Shown: positions 28,163-30,850 of the stretch, piece after piece
How positions within the stretch are numbered: position 1 is the stretch's first letter
Layout of the letters: each line of letters starts with the position of its first letter
Source of the DNA: a virus
Lineage: Duplodnaviria; Heunggongvirae; Uroviricota; Caudoviricetes
Reading direction: 5' to 3' (one strand)
Virus record (IMG/VR): IMGVR_UViG_2917875804_000003
DNA: 30,850 nucleotides
The notes under the pieces: model-generated
What the model was told of the DNA's origin: nothing
The model's database searches: none
The model's input: the letters and a program-made list of their open reading frames with translations, nothing else
Translations under genes and position numbers: made by a program

Positions 28163-28734
28163 ATGATAGATTACAAGACTGCATCTAAAGACCAATTAAA
28201 AGTAGAAATGAAACGATTGTCCGCCGCTGTTTCAGATACGCCATTTGGTACAAAAAAAAGAATTTTTTCATCTTCCCGAAGTTTTAAACACCGGCGAGGA
28301 ACCGCTTGGCATAGTAAGCGGTATGATGGATGGCAACACCTGGTTAATAACTTTAACTAACCAACGCGTTATCTTCCTCGATAAAGGGATGATATTTGGT
28401 GTTAAGCAGGTCGATATTAGCCTTCGTAACATTGTAAGCGTTGGCGGAAAGACTGGACTGATATTTGGTGAGATAATGATTTCAACAAGTGGACAGAATT
28501 ACACCATAAAAAAACGTTATAAAATCCTCCGTAATTCCTTTTACCAACCTTGTTAATGAGACAAGGAATAGTCTGGACAAGCCACAAGTTATCACCGCTC
28601 CTACAAGCTCCAACGAAAAATCTTCATTTGATGATGTCATGGATAAAATTGAACGTTTGGCTGAAATGAAAGCAGAAGGCATTCTTACTGAAGAAGAATT
28701 TCAGCAGCAAAAACAACGCATTTTAAACAGCTAA
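28163..28734 (+). CDS. cargo protein with bacterial PH-like domain and SHOCT-like C-terminal motif; frame interrupted at A8 (28252-28259) and A7 (28508-28514)
   Basis: ATG 28163 with AAGGAAA RBS. Middle frame ...LPEVLNTGEEPLGIVSGMMDGNTWLITLTNQRVIFLDKG...GEIMISTSG... has a bPH-like pattern; C-terminus ...DKIERLAEMKAEGILTEEEFQQQKQRILNS resembles SHOCT. AT-rich relative to flanking cI and int. Confidence 0.5.
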
Positions 28735-28737
28735 GCT

Positions 28738-29826
28738 ATGTCTGTAAGAAAATTAACAAATGGCCAGTGGATTGCCGATTTCTACACGGTGGATCGAAGC
28801 AATGGTAAAGCCGGTAAGCGTATTCGTAAAAAATTCGCTACAAAAGGTGAAGCCCTGGCCTACGAGAACTATACGCTTCAGCAAGTGGAGAACTCCCCCT
28901 GGCTTGGCGAGGGTAAAGACCTCCGTACTCTAAGCGACCTAATCAACATGTGGTACGAACGCCACGGCGTAGCTTTGCGCAACGGTCAAAAGCGTAAAGA
29001 CGCAATGACATGGGCGGCAGAGTGTATGGGATTCCCGCTGGCCACAGAGTTTAATGCTCAACTGTTTACAGCATACCGCGCAAAAAGGCTTGATGGGCAT
29101 TATGCCCGCACTAACAGAGTATCCAAGGTTTCCCCGAAAACAATGAACCTTGAACATGCTTACTTTCTGGCTATGTTCAATGAGCTTAAACGGATTGGAG
29201 AATGGTCAGCCCCTAACCCACTGGAAAACGTCAGACAGTATCGCACTGATGAAACCGAAATGGCTTTCCTCACTGCTGAAGAAATTGATCGGCTTTTGCT
29301 GGAATGCAAACGCAGTAAAGTAAGTTACTTAGAGTTAGTAGTAAAAATTTGCCTGGCGACCGGCGCAAGGTGGAATGAAGCGGCGACACTCAAAAGCTCC
29401 CAGATTGCTGGCGGAAAAGTCACCTTCATAAAAACAAAAGGGAAAAGGAACCGTACCATTCCCTTAGATGATGAACTTCTGGCTGAAATTTCGGAAACAA
29501 AAGGCGCTCTGTTTCCGAAGCCCTGCTATAACGCTTTTCGTTCCGCCCTGGAACGTGCAGGTATTGAATTGCCTTCTGGTCAGCTAACCCACGTATTACG
29601 CCATACATTTGCCAGCCACTTTATGATGAATGGCGGGAACATTCTGGTTCTGCAAAAAATTCTCGGCCACGCTGACATCACTATGACAATGCGTTATGCC
29701 CATTTCGCCCCAAGCCACCTTGAAGATGCTATGCGACTTAACCCCTTAAAAATGTCGCAAAAAATGTCGCTGCAGCTTAGAAATACTGCCGAATACTCAC
29801 AGACATTAACTAACGTAACTTATTGA
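28738..29826 (+). CDS. int: tyrosine integrase (P2/186 Int family)
   Basis: 362 aa; N-terminus MSVRKLTNGQW...KKFATKGEALAYENYTL parallels P2/186 Int; C-terminal catalytic region HVLRHTFASHFMMNGGNILVLQKILGHADITMTMRYAH (R...H-x-x-R...Y). Confidence 0.9.
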   Translation: MSVRKLTNGQWIADFYTVDRSNGKAGKRIRKKFATKGEALAYENYTLQQVENSPWLGEGKDLRTLSDLINMWYERHGVALRNGQKRKDAMTWAAECMGFPLATEFNAQLFTAYRAKRLDGHYARTNRVSKVSPKTMNLEHAYFLAMFNELKRIGEWSAPNPLENVRQYRTDETEMAFLTAEEIDRLLLECKRSKVSYLELVVKICLATGARWNEAATLKSSQIAGGKVTFIKTKGKRNRTIPLDDELLAEISETKGALFPKPCYNAFRSALERAGIELPSGQLTHVLRHTFASHFMMNGGNILVLQKILGHADITMTMRYAHFAPSHLEDAMRLNPLKMSQKMSLQLRNTAEYSQTLTNVTY

Positions 29827-29871
29827 TAACACTGTAAGTTATTGTTTTTCGTAGATAGTTGATGCTTTATA

Positions 29872-29889
29872 ATATAGCCTGTGCTATAT
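29872..29889. promoter_or_regulatory. MntR-box-like palindrome in the mntS promoter
   Basis: Perfect inverted repeat ATATAGC-ctgt-GCTATAT, about 60 bp upstream of the mntS start codon; matches the TAGC-N4-GCTA core of Mn-responsive MntR operators. Confidence 0.5.
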
Positions 29890-29947
29890 CTGTATGTAAT
29901 GCAATCATCCCTCATGGATCGACGGGATTAGCAAGTCAGGAGGTCTT

Positions 29948-30076
29948 ATGAATGAGTTCAAGAGGTGTATGCGCGTGTTTAGTCACTCTCCCTTTAAAGT
30001 ACGGTTAATGCTGCTCTCGATGTTGTGCGATATGGTCAACAACAAACCGCAGCAAGATAAACCTTCCGATAAATAG
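29948..30076 (+). CDS. mntS: small manganese-homeostasis protein MntS (42 aa)
   Basis: AGGAGG RBS then ATG; product MNEFKRCMRVFSHSPFKVRLMLLSMLCDMVNNKPQQDKPSDK matches E. coli MntS as I recall it. Confidence 0.7.
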   Translation: MNEFKRCMRVFSHSPFKVRLMLLSMLCDMVNNKPQQDKPSDK

Positions 30077-30101
30077 CGGCGTCGCGGTACGCCGCTTTAC
30101 T
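30077..30101 (+). terminator. rho-independent terminator downstream of mntS
   Basis: GCGGCG-tcgcggta-CGCCGC hairpin followed by TTTAC/T-rich sequence. Confidence 0.6.
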
Positions 30102-30346
30102 CCTGCTTTATTGCAGGCATAGATTGTTCTGGATTGAAAAACCCCACTTTTTATCGGATTTGCTATTCTCTTCGCAAAAGATTTGTTCCTCAGTAGTTGA
30201 CCTGAACGGCAGCTCGCTCTATCTTCTTGCAGCCCTGCGTATATTGCGGCTCGCAGATGCGGACCCTTCCCCCTCTTCACGCACTCTTGCAGGTATTGAC
30301 CCTTGACGCCAGGGTAAGCACATGGCGTTTGTTACGATAGTGGCAT

Positions 30347-30850
30347 ATGAACTTAACCCTTAAAGAATCGCTTGTTTCCCGTAGCCGGGTTTTTAGCCCG
30401 TGGACTGCGTTCTACTTTTTACAGTCGCTATTGATTAACCTTGGTTTAGGTTATCCCTTTAGTTTTCTCTATACCGCCGCTTTTACTGCCGTTTTGCTTT
30501 TGTTATGGCGGATGTTGCCGCGTGTGCAAAAAACCTTAATAGGTGTCTGTTCGCTGGTGGCGGCCTGTTATTTTCCTTTTGCTCAGGCGTACGGTGCGCC
30601 TAACTTCAATACATTGCTGGCGCTGCATTCCACCAATATGGAAGAGTCGACCGAAATTCTTACGATCTTCCCGTGGTATAGCTATCTGGTCGGCTTATTT
30701 ATTTTTGCGCTCGGCGTGATTGCGATCAGGCGGAAAAAAGAGGATGAAAAAGCACGCTGGAATAAATTCGACACCCTGTGTCTGGTATTCAGTGTGGCGA
30801 CATTTTTTTGTCGCTCCGGTTCAAAATCTCGCCTGGGGCGGCGTATTTAA
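30347..30850 (+). CDS. opgE: phosphoethanolamine-transferase-type inner-membrane protein, N-terminal part (OpgE/YbiP-like), 3'-truncated by window edge
   Basis: MNLTLKESLVSRSRVFSPWTAFYFLQSLLINLGLGYPF... multi-TM N-terminus that I recognise as E. coli YbiP/OpgE; open to the window end; same orientation as mntS, as in the E. coli K-12 order. Confidence 0.6.
   Translation: MNLTLKESLVSRSRVFSPWTAFYFLQSLLINLGLGYPFSFLYTAAFTAVLLLLWRMLPRVQKTLIGVCSLVAACYFPFAQAYGAPNFNTLLALHSTNMEESTEILTIFPWYSYLVGLFIFALGVIAIRRKKEDEKARWNKFDTLCLVFSVATFFCRSGSKSRLGRRI

Larger units (their letters stand above)
1..29872. mobile_element. Temperate myovirus prophage: 186-like immunity/replication, P2-like packaging and capsid, differently ordered contractile-tail module. 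Right end lies just downstream of int; left end not resolved in the window.
   Basis: Contiguous phage gene set from 2807 to 29826 in conserved operon order; int stop at 29826 abuts host mntS promoter. Left 2.7 kb is AT-rich cargo-like DNA with no recognisable host core gene, so attL may lie beyond position 1. Confidence 0.8.

Noticed and set aside
27743-28360. 205-aa ORF read as a single protein
   Set aside because: It is a chimera of the CI repressor middle section, a read-through past the true CI C-terminus (restored by correcting the A6 run), and the 5' end of the downstream cargo gene.
28245-28556. Independent 103-aa gene starting at 28245
   Set aside because: The apparent start is TTG without an RBS and lies inside an A8-run frame break; the ORF is better explained as the middle section of the bPH-SHOCT gene that starts at 28163.
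30005-30280. 91-aa minus-strand ORF across the mntS terminator and mntS-opgE intergenic region
   Set aside because: Overlaps the mntS 3' end and terminator hairpin on the opposite strand; no RBS; most likely spurious.
29827-30346. tRNA gene as the integrase target at the prophage-host junction
   Set aside because: No cloverleaf-like structure or tRNA-like sequence seen between int and opgE; the interval is accounted for by the mntS promoter, mntS and its terminator.
1-30850. CRISPR array, IS element or transposase
   Set aside because: No regularly spaced direct repeats with unique spacers and no transposase-like ORF found; the only tandem repeats are the imperfect coding repeats in the tail fibre.

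Overview
Almost the whole window is one temperate myovirus prophage (at least ~2.8-29.8 kb) with a phage 186/P2-type backbone, ending at an integrase beside host genes that I read as mntS and the 5' end of opgE/ybiP (Escherichia-like). The immunity and replication region is 186-like: integrase, CI repressor, Apl/Cox, CII, small early ORFs and the rolling-circle initiator A. Packaging and capsid genes are P2-like (terminase P, portal Q, scaffold O, capsid N, small terminase M, head completion L), followed by an Ogr/Delta-type late activator. The tail module is not P2-ordered: sheath and tube, an embedded lysis cassette (holin, M15 endolysin, two spanins), a chaperone with a -1 frameshift extension, tape measure, baseplate W/J/I-like genes, tail fibre, fibre assembly, then three distal genes ending in a spike-like protein. 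Two AT-rich cargo regions stand out as the best candidates for an undescribed accessory or defence function: a PH-like plus SHOCT-like gene between cI and int, and the left 2.7 kb (small ORFs, a membrane protein, a WcaB/CysE-like acetyltransferase). I could not assign either to a known system. At least six genes carry a single extra base in an A/T run of 6-8 nt, which looks like systematic homopolymer sequencing error but would mean a heavily decayed prophage if real. Calls rest on reading the ORF translations against remembered family features; no searches were run.
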